The notes below the pieces were generated by a model. It saw only the letters and a program-made list of their open reading frames with translations, had not been told where the DNA came from and did not search any database. The position numbers and the translations under genes are program-made. From a virus (lineage: Duplodnaviria > Caudoviricetes), in the IMG/VR virus record IMGVR_UViG_3300032285_003899, positions 1 to 64,000 of that record: 64,000 nucleotides of DNA; one strand, written 5' to 3'. Positions 19,357-28,749 of the stretch are shown here, one piece after another (the first letter of the stretch is position 1; the number at the start of each line of letters is the position of its first letter).

Positions 19357-20525
19357 GTAAAAAGAATAATAAAGAAGAAGTAGATAGTAGCAAAATTACA
19401 ACGTCTCAAGATCAGCTTAAAAGCTTCTTGAAGAATAATAAAGAATCTCATTACAACTTTGAACCTAGTATTGATTACAAGGTTTCAAGCGGAAGTTTGC
19501 TGCTAGATTATTTTCTAGCTGGCGGACTAGGAACTGGTCTTCATCGATTCTGCGGAATTAATGAAGGCGGCAAGACAAGCTGCGCTCTTCAGTTCATGAA
19601 GAATTTCTTGGATCAACCTAAGAAGCGTAAAGGCTTTTATATTAAAGCTGAAGGTCGATTGAGCAAAGAAATGATTGAACGATCTGGAGTTAAGTTTGTA
19701 TTTAATGAAGATGAATGGGTCGATGGAACTTGTTTCGTATTTGAATCTAATATTCATGAAACAGTGTTTGATGCGATGCGCGAACTAGTAGGCAAGAATG
19801 ACGAAAAGATTCAATACTTCTTTCTTCTCGACTCTGTTGATGGATTGATTCGAAAGGGTGATCTTGATAAGACTTTTGAAGAGTCGCAAAAGGTAGCTGG
19901 TGGAGCAGTTATTGCCGCCGATCTAATGAAGCGTATTTCTATCGCTCTACAAAAGCGTGGACATATCGCAGTATTTATTTCTCAAGTTCGTGCTGACATC
20001 AAGCTTGATCCATATAGCAAAGCTCCGATTCGCCAAACTACTGCCACAGGTGGTAACGCTTTGTTGCATTTTGCTAACTGGATTTTTGAATTTGACGCTC
20101 GTTTCAAGGGCGATCTAATTCTTGAAGATCCCAACGCTTCTTATGACGAGCAGAAGAATCCATATCTTGGGCATTTCGTCAAGATCGTGGTCAAGAAGTC
20201 TCCTAATGAAAGAACTAACTGCACTATTCGATATCCAATTAAATATGGAAGAAAGAATGGCACTTCTAATTGGGTGGAAAAAGAAATCTTTGATTTTCTA
20301 ACTATGTGGGAAATCGCTATCAAAAAGGGAGCTTGGATTAGCTTTGACGAAGAGTTTCTAACTACTCTAAAAGAAGCTGGTTTTACAGATTTTCCCGCTC
20401 AAATTCAAGGAGCCGCAAAATTTGAGCAAATTGTAAATGACAATGAAAAGCTCAAGAATTTCTTTTTCAAGTACATCAGTGAAAACCTACTAAATTTTGG
20501 CGATGGAATTTCTCTCTCTGAATAA
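19353..20525 (+). CDS. recA: RecA/UvsX-like recombinase
   Basis: SGSLLLD..L.GG, Walker A G.NEGGKT, LLDSV Walker B, FISQVR, GG.AL.H.A. Confidence 0.85.
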   Translation: MSKKNNKEEVDSSKITTSQDQLKSFLKNNKESHYNFEPSIDYKVSSGSLLLDYFLAGGLGTGLHRFCGINEGGKTSCALQFMKNFLDQPKKRKGFYIKAEGRLSKEMIERSGVKFVFNEDEWVDGTCFVFESNIHETVFDAMRELVGKNDEKIQYFFLLDSVDGLIRKGDLDKTFEESQKVAGGAVIAADLMKRISIALQKRGHIAVFISQVRADIKLDPYSKAPIRQTTATGGNALLHFANWIFEFDARFKGDLILEDPNASYDEQKNPYLGHFVKIVVKKSPNERTNCTIRYPIKYGRKNGTSNWVEKEIFDFLTMWEIAIKKGAWISFDEEFLTTLKEAGFTDFPAQIQGAAKFEQIVNDNEKLKNFFFKYISENLLNFGDGISLSE

Positions 20526-20910
20526 TAAAAAAAGACGCTGCAAGAATGCTCGCAATTATTTAATTAATTGGAGCGTAGATAGTCGTAGTAAATTTCAAAC
20601 TGAAGCTAAGAAATTTCTACGAAACTATTGGCAGCACAACATTGTGTTTGAAGAGTTTCCCATTGTTGGAACTCGTCTTACCTTGGATTTCTATAACGCT
20701 AATAAAAAAATAGCAATAGAAGTCCAAGGTAGGCAACACACTGGTTTTGTGAAATTTTTTCACGAAAATAGAATGAATTTTCTTCATCAACTTAATAGAG
20801 ATAAGAAAAAAGAACGTTTCTGTGAACTTAATGAGATTACACTTGTAACTATATTTGAAAATGATATAATAAATAAAGACCTTTTCGAGAGTCAAGGTGT
20901 AATATTATAA
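20503..20910 (+). CDS. DUF559/Vsr-like PD-(D/E)XK endonuclease
   Basis: LTLDFYN...IAIEVQGRQH, RD.KK..FC..N.I.L. Confidence 0.7.
   Translation: MEFLSLNNKKRRCKNARNYLINWSVDSRSKFQTEAKKFLRNYWQHNIVFEEFPIVGTRLTLDFYNANKKIAIEVQGRQHTGFVKFFHENRMNFLHQLNRDKKKERFCELNEITLVTIFENDIINKDLFESQGVIL
20897..20902 (+). promoter_or_regulatory. GTGTAA motif (putative late promoter)
   Basis: 15 nt upstream of ATG 20912. Confidence 0.55.
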
Positions 20911-20911
20911 C

Positions 20912-21172
20912 ATGAAGAAGGATTCACAATCAGAGAGTTTTAAACAATTTAAAATTCCTGAAAACTATTTTAATAAGCTTTACGAGTTTACTGGTTCAGA
21001 TGAATCCTCTAAAGGATTTATAGTCGCTTACGTCTCTCAAGATGGATGTCCAATGATTTATACTAAAGTTGCTAATCCAATCGTAGAAATGGGACTCGTC
21101 AAAGCTTTAGAAAAATATTTAAACGAAGTCAACAACGAGCAAAATTCCATTGACATGAGCGATGAGCCGTGA
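20912..21172 (+). CDS. hypothetical protein
   Basis: ORF in track, tightly packed. Confidence 0.6.
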   Translation: MKKDSQSESFKQFKIPENYFNKLYEFTGSDESSKGFIVAYVSQDGCPMIYTKVANPIVEMGLVKALEKYLNEVNNEQNSIDMSDEP

Positions 21173-21178
21173 TACCGT
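21150..21178 (+). promoter_or_regulatory. sigma70-like promoter
   Basis: TTGACA-N17-TACCGT with TGn, 9 nt before ATG 21188. Confidence 0.55.
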
Positions 21179-21187
21179 ACGGTCGGA

Positions 21188-22702
21188 ATGATTTATTCGT
21201 ATGACTTAGAGACTCAGTTGCTCGCTGGACTGATTAAATATCCAGAAAGATACGCTGATGTCGCATCTTTCATAACAGAGAAAGATTTCTGGAGCGAAAG
21301 CTCCAAGATAAATAGAACTATTTTTTGCGTACTTCGTCAAGCCATTGATAATGGTGAAAAAATTGATGATGTAGTTATTTCTCAAAGAGTAAAGAATTTC
21401 GGAGTAACTTTTGAAGACAATATCAATCCATCTGATTATATTGAATCATTGTCTCTCAAGAAGTTATCTTCAGAATCTATTATTAGTGTTGCTAAAGAGT
21501 TGAAGAAATACACTATTCGTCGTGAGATCGCGATATGTGGTGCAGAAATCAACAAGAAGATGAAGTCTATATCTCCATCTTCTGATTATAACGTCATTAT
21601 TGAAACTGCTGATAAGCTTTATAATGATCAAATTAATTTGTACGAAACTGGAGCGGATCAGCCAGAAAATATTTTTGATGAAATGGAAGCTCTTGTTGAA
21701 GAGCGTGGAAACAATCCAGTTGCTGAATTTGGATTTACTGGTCCCCATCCAAAGACACAAGAAATGTACGGCTCGCTTTTGAGACCGGGAAATATCACCG
21801 TTATCGTTGCTCGCTCAGGTGTTGGTAAGACTCAATTTTGTTTAGATTTTACTACTAAAGTATCTGAACAGCATGAAGTTCCAGTTCTTCATTTTGATAA
21901 TGGAGAAATGAGTAAAGAAGAGCTTATCTTTAGACAATGCGCTGCCATGTCTAAAGTTCCAATGTATCTTCTTGAAAGCGGCAACTGGCGAAAAGCTGGC
22001 ACAGAAATTGTAGATAATGTTAGATCAGTTTGGAAGACCATTCATAAGCGATATAAACATTTATATTATTATAACGTAGGCGGCATGAGCGTTGATGCAC
22101 AAATCAGCGTTCTTAAAAGATTTTATTATTCCAAGATTGGTCGTGGAAACCCCATGATTTTTAGTTTTGATTATATTAAAACTACGAGCGAAAACGGAGG
22201 AAACAAAACAGAATGGCAGCTTGTTGGAGAAATGGTCGATAAATATAAACGGTGCATTCAAAGAGATATCGTAAGCGACAAAGGACCATGCATATCAATG
22301 ATGACATCTGTGCAATCTAATCGTGCTGGTATTGTAACTAATAAAAATTCATCAAACATAACTGATGATGAAAGCATCGTTTCTCTTTCTGATCGTATTA
22401 CTCAATTCGCTTCTCATTTGTTCATTCTGCGACAAAAAACATCAGATGAATTGCAAAATGAAGTTGGATTTGGAACTCATAAATTCATTAACATAAAAGC
22501 TCGCCATCTCGGTAAAGATATCGCTGGAGCTATTAATCCAGTAAAACTTCCCGATGGAACCCTGAAAAAGAATTTCGTTAATCTTGAAATCGCCAATTTC
22601 TGTGTTTCAGAAAAAGGTGACTATAGAGATATCGTGGACGCTCTTGGTACAAATGCAACTGTAATTAAAGATAACGATGACGACGTACCTAACCTCGATT
22701 AA
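21188..22702 (+). CDS. dnaB: replicative DNA helicase (DnaB family)
   Basis: ARSGVGKT Walker A, EMS.EEL..R, FDYIK, QSNR; N-terminal DnaB-like domain. Confidence 0.88.
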   Translation: MIYSYDLETQLLAGLIKYPERYADVASFITEKDFWSESSKINRTIFCVLRQAIDNGEKIDDVVISQRVKNFGVTFEDNINPSDYIESLSLKKLSSESIISVAKELKKYTIRREIAICGAEINKKMKSISPSSDYNVIIETADKLYNDQINLYETGADQPENIFDEMEALVEERGNNPVAEFGFTGPHPKTQEMYGSLLRPGNITVIVARSGVGKTQFCLDFTTKVSEQHEVPVLHFDNGEMSKEELIFRQCAAMSKVPMYLLESGNWRKAGTEIVDNVRSVWKTIHKRYKHLYYYNVGGMSVDAQISVLKRFYYSKIGRGNPMIFSFDYIKTTSENGGNKTEWQLVGEMVDKYKRCIQRDIVSDKGPCISMMTSVQSNRAGIVTNKNSSNITDDESIVSLSDRITQFASHLFILRQKTSDELQNEVGFGTHKFINIKARHLGKDIAGAINPVKLPDGTLKKNFVNLEIANFCVSEKGDYRDIVDALGTNATVIKDNDDDVPNLD

Positions 22703-23756
22703 TAATCAAGCGGAACTCATTGAAAAAACTTTGATCGATCTTGGATATCAACTCTCAGATCGTGGCAAGTATTGGCAATGTAACGCTGTTTATCGTGATG
22801 GTGACAACAGAACTGCTCTACAAATTTGGAAAGACACGGGAATTTGGAAAGATTTCGTAGCAAACACTTCTTATCAACCTTTTAAAAGACTTCTTGAACT
22901 TACCTGCAAAGATGATTCTCAAATAGAAGAAATCTTACACTCAATTAAAAATAATAATGACCCCTGTATAGAATCAATCAGAACACCTAAAATGGAATCA
23001 GATCAATTTTTTGACCACGATGAAGTAAAGACTTTGCTTCCTCATTATGATTTTTATAACAAGAAAAGCATAAGCTCTGAAATTCTTGAGCTTTATCGAT
23101 CTGGTTTTTCCATGTCTGGAAAAATGAATGGTCGTTTTGTATTTCCAATATTTGATGAAAATAAAAAAGTAATTGGAATCAGTGGCCGACATTTACTTTG
23201 GAAACCTAATAGCTCTGCTCCAAAGTGGAAACACATTGGAAGAAAAGGCAACTGGATATATCCAATTAATCTACAGCACGAAGATGATAATATTTTCAAA
23301 AAAACTATTGAAGAAAAACGTTCAATTATTCTTGTAGAAGGCATTGGCGATAGTCTCGCGCTATCCCAGCAAGGATATTATAATCATCTTGTTGTATTCG
23401 GTTTGGAGATCAGTTCTAAACAGTTGTCTTATTTAATGTCTTTGTCTGTAGATGAAGTTGTCATTTCTACAAACAATGATGCTGATAAAACTGACAATCG
23501 CGGACTTCAAGCGGCAATCAAGATATTCCTTAAACTTATTAAATATATTGATATCGATAAGGTTAAGATTAAACTTCCTATTTGCAAAGATTTTGGCGAA
23601 ATGCTAGAGAAAGGTATCTCAATGGAAAGATGGGAGAATAAGAAGCGAGATAGAATAACTCAAGTAGAATACATTCTTGATTATGTATATAATAACGATA
23701 AGGATAAGAAAACTATTTCTATTCTTAAAGATTACCTAGAAAGTCTAAAGCTTTGA
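22677..23756 (+). CDS. dnaG: DNA primase (DnaG/Toprim)
   Basis: GRFVFPI....KVIG.SGR, KWKH, LVEG..D, NDAD..RG Toprim motifs. Confidence 0.85.
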   Translation: MTTYLTSINNQAELIEKTLIDLGYQLSDRGKYWQCNAVYRDGDNRTALQIWKDTGIWKDFVANTSYQPFKRLLELTCKDDSQIEEILHSIKNNNDPCIESIRTPKMESDQFFDHDEVKTLLPHYDFYNKKSISSEILELYRSGFSMSGKMNGRFVFPIFDENKKVIGISGRHLLWKPNSSAPKWKHIGRKGNWIYPINLQHEDDNIFKKTIEEKRSIILVEGIGDSLALSQQGYYNHLVVFGLEISSKQLSYLMSLSVDEVVISTNNDADKTDNRGLQAAIKIFLKLIKYIDIDKVKIKLPICKDFGEMLEKGISMERWENKKRDRITQVEYILDYVYNNDKDKKTISILKDYLESLKL

Positions 23757-24802
23757 AGGAAACATTATCAGCCAGTAAAATAAAGACGCTAAAATCCTGC
23801 TCATGGCAGTATTGGTGCAAATACGTTTTGAAGCTACCAGATAAAACTAATTCTGGAGCTTTAATTGGCGATACTGTGCATATCATTCTTGAATGCCTTG
23901 GCTTGCCCAGACATAAAAAACATTATGATTTAATCATAAAGAAGAAAAATATCTTTGCATCTAAAGCTATTAAAAGAATGGTTCATAAACATATTAAGAG
24001 AAAAGATCTTAATATGGAAGCTGATTTAGAAAATATTTGTTCAATGGCCTTGAATGGATTGATGTACGATTTTTTTGGTAATAAGTATGGAACTCCAACA
24101 GAGGTCATTTCAGAAAAAGATTTCGAGATTACAGTTCAAGAAGAAGATATTAGCTACAAAATAAAAGGTTTCATCGATAAGCTTTTTATTTATGGCGATC
24201 ATGGAATTGTATTAATTAGAGACTTCAAGACAAATAAAAAGAAATACGAAGGCAAGGAAGTTACCGATAATCTACAAGATTATATGTACACTCTTGCTAT
24301 TAGAAAACTATACCCTCATCTCAAAGATATTAAAATGGAATTCCTGTTCTTGAAGCAGGATCTAAATGCTGATGGAGTTATGCCTATGGAAGCCAAAGAC
24401 AAGTATGAGCTTCTCGGCTTTGAACACGAACTAACTGGCTATCAAAAATATGCCGATTCTTTTACTGAAAAAACCGCTCTGTCTAATATGGCGGCAAATC
24501 AAGGTATGCCTAAAGATGGAAGTTTTGCTGGTAAACTTCTTTGTGGATTCGCTAAACAACCAAATCAAATTAAAAAAGATGGCACCCCAATGTGGTATTG
24601 CACTTATAAATTTGGATTTGATTATTATGCGATTATTGATAAAGATGGAAAGATAAAGAAATCAGCTTTTACCAAAAAAGAGTTGGAAAAAATTAAGTTG
24701 GCTGAAGGAGAGAAGATAGTAAAAAATAAATATGATGGATGCCCTTGTTTTAAACCAAAACCAGTTGAAGCTACAGACGATTTCGACCTTGACAAGTTCT
24801 AA
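23753..24802 (+). CDS. PD-(D/E)XK nuclease, Cas4/RecB-like with cysteine cluster
   Basis: LSAS.I.T...CSW, KGFIDKL, RDFKT, YTLA, C-terminal Cys residues. Confidence 0.8.
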   Translation: MKETLSASKIKTLKSCSWQYWCKYVLKLPDKTNSGALIGDTVHIILECLGLPRHKKHYDLIIKKKNIFASKAIKRMVHKHIKRKDLNMEADLENICSMALNGLMYDFFGNKYGTPTEVISEKDFEITVQEEDISYKIKGFIDKLFIYGDHGIVLIRDFKTNKKKYEGKEVTDNLQDYMYTLAIRKLYPHLKDIKMEFLFLKQDLNADGVMPMEAKDKYELLGFEHELTGYQKYADSFTEKTALSNMAANQGMPKDGSFAGKLLCGFAKQPNQIKKDGTPMWYCTYKFGFDYYAIIDKDGKIKKSAFTKKELEKIKLAEGEKIVKNKYDGCPCFKPKPVEATDDFDLDKF

Positions 24803-24816
24803 TTTTCCATTAAGGT
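24789..24816 (+). promoter_or_regulatory. sigma70-like promoter
   Basis: TTGACA-N16-TAAGGT, 9 nt before ATG 24826. Confidence 0.6.
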
Positions 24817-24825
24817 CTATGGAGA

Positions 24826-25584
24826 ATGCTGCCATTGTTCAAGTCACACTTTAGTATAGGAAAATCTATACTAACTTTAGATGATCCTAAAAAAGTTACT
24901 GAAGGAGGATCAGATAGCGTATTTAAAATCGCTAAAGATAACGGTCTAAAACAAATCATTTTAGTCGAAGACTCTCTAATTGGATTCTTTGAAGCGTATA
25001 AACGCAGCAAAGAGATGAATATTCAATTAGTGTTTGGTCTTAGACTATCAATGAGAAATTCTGCATTGCCAGAAGATGAAGGTAGTCAACATAAAGTCAT
25101 CATTTTTGCCAAAGATGATATTGGCTGTAAACTGCTTAATAAAATATACTCAAAAGCTTTCTGCTCCAATTCTGGCTTTCTAAGTTATAATGAGTTGAAA
25201 GAGTTGTGGAACGAAGCCTCTCTCAAGCTTGCTATTCCATTTTACGATTCATTTATTTATATAAATAATCTATCTTTTGGAAATGCGGTGCCAGATTTGT
25301 CTTTTACAAAAGCCACTTTATTTTACGAGCAGAATGATCTAGCTTTAGATTATATACTTGAGGAGAAGGTTAAAGAATTCTCCACTAATAATGATCTACC
25401 AATGGTTAAAGTTCGAAGCATCTATTATAACAAGAAATCAGATGTCAAAGCTTTTATGGCTTACAAGATAATCTGCAATCGATCTTTCGGCAAAGATCGT
25501 TCATTAGAGAAACCAGAACTACCTCATTTTTGCAGCGACAAATTCAGTTTCGAAGCTTGGAAGGAAGAAAATGCTACGATTTAA
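24826..25584 (+). CDS. stand-alone PHP domain of DNA polymerase III alpha
   Basis: KSHFSIGKS, K..FGLR, IIFAKDDIG.K.L.KI.S: DnaE N-terminal pattern with degenerate metal ligands. Confidence 0.78.
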   Translation: MLPLFKSHFSIGKSILTLDDPKKVTEGGSDSVFKIAKDNGLKQIILVEDSLIGFFEAYKRSKEMNIQLVFGLRLSMRNSALPEDEGSQHKVIIFAKDDIGCKLLNKIYSKAFCSNSGFLSYNELKELWNEASLKLAIPFYDSFIYINNLSFGNAVPDLSFTKATLFYEQNDLALDYILEEKVKEFSTNNDLPMVKVRSIYYNKKSDVKAFMAYKIICNRSFGKDRSLEKPELPHFCSDKFSFEAWKEENATI

Positions 25585-26200
25585 TAAAGAACAAAAATAT
25601 ATCTGTTTCGATTTTGAAACCTGTCATCTAAATCTACTTGATGATAGTAATAAACCTTGGCAATTAAGTTATTTAATCGCTAAAGGCAGCAACATATTAA
25701 AGGAAGTGGATAATCACATCTACTGGCCTGATCTCAAGCTTTCAGAAGGAGCTAAAATTGTCACTCATTTCGATGAGCGTAAATACCATTCACTAGCTGC
25801 TGATCCAAAAGAAGTATTGGCGGCTTTTGAAGATTATATTTATGATGATCAATACTTGATTATCGGACAAAACCTATTGGGATTCGATGTATACGTTCAT
25901 AATACATATAGAAGATTAATGGGTAAGAAGAGCGATTTCTCTTATGTTAAGAGAATAATAGATACAAATTGTTTAGCCAAAGCTATTAAAAAGAATCTAA
26001 AACCCCAAAGAGATTCTGACTTTACTTTTTGGCAGTATAGACTAAATGACTTTCGCGAGAAAGGTCTGAAAACAAGCATTAAAACTCAATTGAAAGAATA
26101 TAAGATTGACTTTGATGAGAATATGCTTCACAATTCCATGTACGACGTTCAAATGAATTTTAAGATTTTTCAGAAGCAGCTTTGGCAAATTGAAATATGA
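25571..26200 (+). CDS. DEDDh 3'-5' exonuclease (DnaQ-like)
   Basis: FDFET (ExoI), GQN..GFD (ExoII), HNSMYDV (ExoIII). Confidence 0.85.
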   Translation: MLRFNKEQKYICFDFETCHLNLLDDSNKPWQLSYLIAKGSNILKEVDNHIYWPDLKLSEGAKIVTHFDERKYHSLAADPKEVLAAFEDYIYDDQYLIIGQNLLGFDVYVHNTYRRLMGKKSDFSYVKRIIDTNCLAKAIKKNLKPQRDSDFTFWQYRLNDFREKGLKTSIKTQLKEYKIDFDENMLHNSMYDVQMNFKIFQKQLWQIEI

Positions 26201-28749
26201 ATTTTTTACAAGACATTAAACCTTACGATAACGCCATGCTTCCCGGCGTTCGTTTGCCTCAAATTTCTATTGAAGGCAAGTATTATGATTTGCTGAAGAT
26301 TCCTATTTCTTCAGATAATTTTACTTTTCTAAAGACGCTTTGTTACCGCAGTTTAAATAACTTGGGATTAAACAATAATCAATATACAGAGCGTTTGGAG
26401 ATGGAGTTGGATATCTTCAAGGAACTCGACTTCGTTGATTATGTACTTCTCAACTGGGACATTCTTAATTTCTGCCATGAGAATAATATTCCCACTGGTG
26501 CTGGTCGCGGTAGTGCTGCTGGTTCTTTGGTTTTGTTTGTCGTGGGTGTTACGAAAGTTGATCCCATAAAATATGAACTCTTCTTTGAGCGTTTCGTTAG
26601 TCGTTCTCGCGCCAAGAAGATCATTAAAGATGATATTACTTATCTTGATGGTTCTCTGCTTCCTGACGTAGATAACGATATCAGCTATGACAGACGAGCA
26701 GAAGTTATTAAGTATATTGAGCAAAAGCATCTAGGTAAAACTTCTAAGATATTAACTCTTAATACTCTTTCTAGTAAGCTCTGCATTAAAGAGTGCGGAA
26801 AGATTGTAGGTGGATTTTCAGAAACAGATGTCAACGAAGTCAGCGACAATATTCCAAAACTATTCGGTCGAGTCTTTGAGCTAGAAGAAGCTTATAAAGA
26901 AAACGACAAGTTTAGAACTTGGGTCGATCAGAATAGATTTGTATTTGAAATAGCTAAAAAAATTGAAGGTCTAAATAAGAATACTGGCGTTCATCCTTCT
27001 GGTATTGCCATTTCTTATTATAAGATTGAAGAAGTTTGCCCTGTACAAAAAACTTCAGATGGTGATCTTGTCAGCGGTTACGATATGAATTATGTAGCCG
27101 AACTGATGGTTAAGTTCGACGTTCTTGGTCTTAGAACTCTTACTGTAGTAAGTGAAGTATGTAAGAGGTTGAATATCGATATGACTTCTATCGATCCTGA
27201 AGATCCTTGTATTTATGAAAGTTTGCAGAACTTGAGAACTCCACAAGGTTTGTTCCAAATTGAAGCTGAAACCAACTTTAAAGTTTGTCGTAAAGTTAGA
27301 CCTAAGTCTTTGGAACAGCTTAGTGCAGTCGTGGCTATCGCTCGTCCCGGTGCTTTGGATTTTGCCGATCAATACGCTACATATTCCGCTTCTGGCGTAT
27401 TTCAATTGGTCCACGATTTCTTTAAAGACGAACTCTCGTACACTGGTGGTATTCCATTGTATCAAGAGCAGTTGATGAAGATGGCTGTACGTCTTGGATT
27501 TACCCTTGACGAATCAGAGCAGTTGCGTCGAATCGTTGGTAAAAAGAAGGTAGATCAAATGCCAGCGTGGCAAGGAAAGATTCGCCAAAAGGTTGCAGAA
27601 CAGAATCTTGATCCTGCGATTGGTGACGTTCTATGGAAAGTTGCTGAAGATTCCGCTAACTATTCATTCAACAAGTCGCACTCAATTTCTTATGCGATCT
27701 TGGCGGCATGGACTGCTTATCTAAAATTTAAATACCCACATGAATTTTTCTTGGCTCTTTTACAGCTATCAAAATACGAACCTGATTCACATCAAGAAAT
27801 CAACAAGATCTCTAAGGAGCTAGTATTCTTCGACATTAAGCTTTTACCTCCCGATCTTGCAAAGTCTGCTCTTGATTTTAAGATTGAAGATGGAAATATC
27901 CGATTTGGATTAAACTCTATTAAGGGTGTTTCAGAAAAAACTCTACAATCACTTCAGAATTTTAGAGAGACTAATACTCCTACGAAATTCGATATCTTTA
28001 TTGCAGCTAAACAAGCTGGTATTAATATTGGATTGCTTTCGTCTTTAATACAGGCTGGCACTCTTAGCTCTTATACCCATAGAAGATCTCGACTAGTTCT
28101 TGAAGCTCAGACTTTTAATATTCTAACTGATAAAGAAAAGAAATTCTCTTGTAGTGTCGGTCCTAAATATGATTACGATATTTTAACTATCGTAAGTGAA
28201 TGCGCTTTCAAAGCTCAATCTTTGAATGAAAGCGGCAAACCATTCATGAACGAAAAGCGAAAAATCACCTTTAGAAAGAAATACGATGAGTATAAAAAGA
28301 TCTATGAGCAAAACAAGAATCATGAAAAGTTTGCTAACTGGGTTTTTGAAAATAAACTTTTAGGATACACTCCAACTATTCGACTGAAGACTATTTTTCA
28401 GCAATCTGAATGCACGTTCACTGACACTTTGGAATTTCATTCGGCTTTTAAGGAAGATAGAGTTAAGATGGTTGGCGTTATTGATGATGTTTATAAAGGT
28501 AAGACAAAAAAATCTAATGCCACTTTCTATCGCTTTCAATTAAAAGATGAAGTTGGCAGCGTTAGCGCGATGTTTTTAGATGGTGGAAAACATCAAAGAT
28601 TAACAGAATATCTTGAAGATGGTTTAAAGATACCAGAAAAAGAAAACATTGTAGTTTTCACTGGCAGAAAAGGCGACGATGTGTTATGGATAGAGAACAT
28701 CGGAATCTTGGATGACAAGATCTACATGAAGCTATCTGATATAGAATGA
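26197..28749 (+). CDS. dnaE: DNA polymerase III alpha catalytic subunit lacking PHP
   Basis: GAGRGSAAGSLV, FERF, PDVDND, GVHPSG, KFDVLGL, YQEQ, FNKSHS, RFGL..IKGV, C-terminal OB fold. Confidence 0.93.
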   Translation: MNFLQDIKPYDNAMLPGVRLPQISIEGKYYDLLKIPISSDNFTFLKTLCYRSLNNLGLNNNQYTERLEMELDIFKELDFVDYVLLNWDILNFCHENNIPTGAGRGSAAGSLVLFVVGVTKVDPIKYELFFERFVSRSRAKKIIKDDITYLDGSLLPDVDNDISYDRRAEVIKYIEQKHLGKTSKILTLNTLSSKLCIKECGKIVGGFSETDVNEVSDNIPKLFGRVFELEEAYKENDKFRTWVDQNRFVFEIAKKIEGLNKNTGVHPSGIAISYYKIEEVCPVQKTSDGDLVSGYDMNYVAELMVKFDVLGLRTLTVVSEVCKRLNIDMTSIDPEDPCIYESLQNLRTPQGLFQIEAETNFKVCRKVRPKSLEQLSAVVAIARPGALDFADQYATYSASGVFQLVHDFFKDELSYTGGIPLYQEQLMKMAVRLGFTLDESEQLRRIVGKKKVDQMPAWQGKIRQKVAEQNLDPAIGDVLWKVAEDSANYSFNKSHSISYAILAAWTAYLKFKYPHEFFLALLQLSKYEPDSHQEINKISKELVFFDIKLLPPDLAKSALDFKIEDGNIRFGLNSIKGVSEKTLQSLQNFRETNTPTKFDIFIAAKQAGINIGLLSSLIQAGTLSSYTHRRSRLVLEAQTFNILTDKEKKFSCSVGPKYDYDILTIVSECAFKAQSLNESGKPFMNEKRKITFRKKYDEYKKIYEQNKNHEKFANWVFENKLLGYTPTIRLKTIFQQSECTFTDTLEFHSAFKEDRVKMVGVIDDVYKGKTKKSNATFYRFQLKDEVGSVSAMFLDGGKHQRLTEYLEDGLKIPEKENIVVFTGRKGDDVLWIENIGILDDKIYMKLSDIE

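Noticed and set aside
13952-28749. Inteins or group I introns in RNR, helicase, RecA or DnaE
   Set aside because: Protein lengths are ordinary, and no intein terminal motifs or interrupting endonuclease ORFs were noticed.
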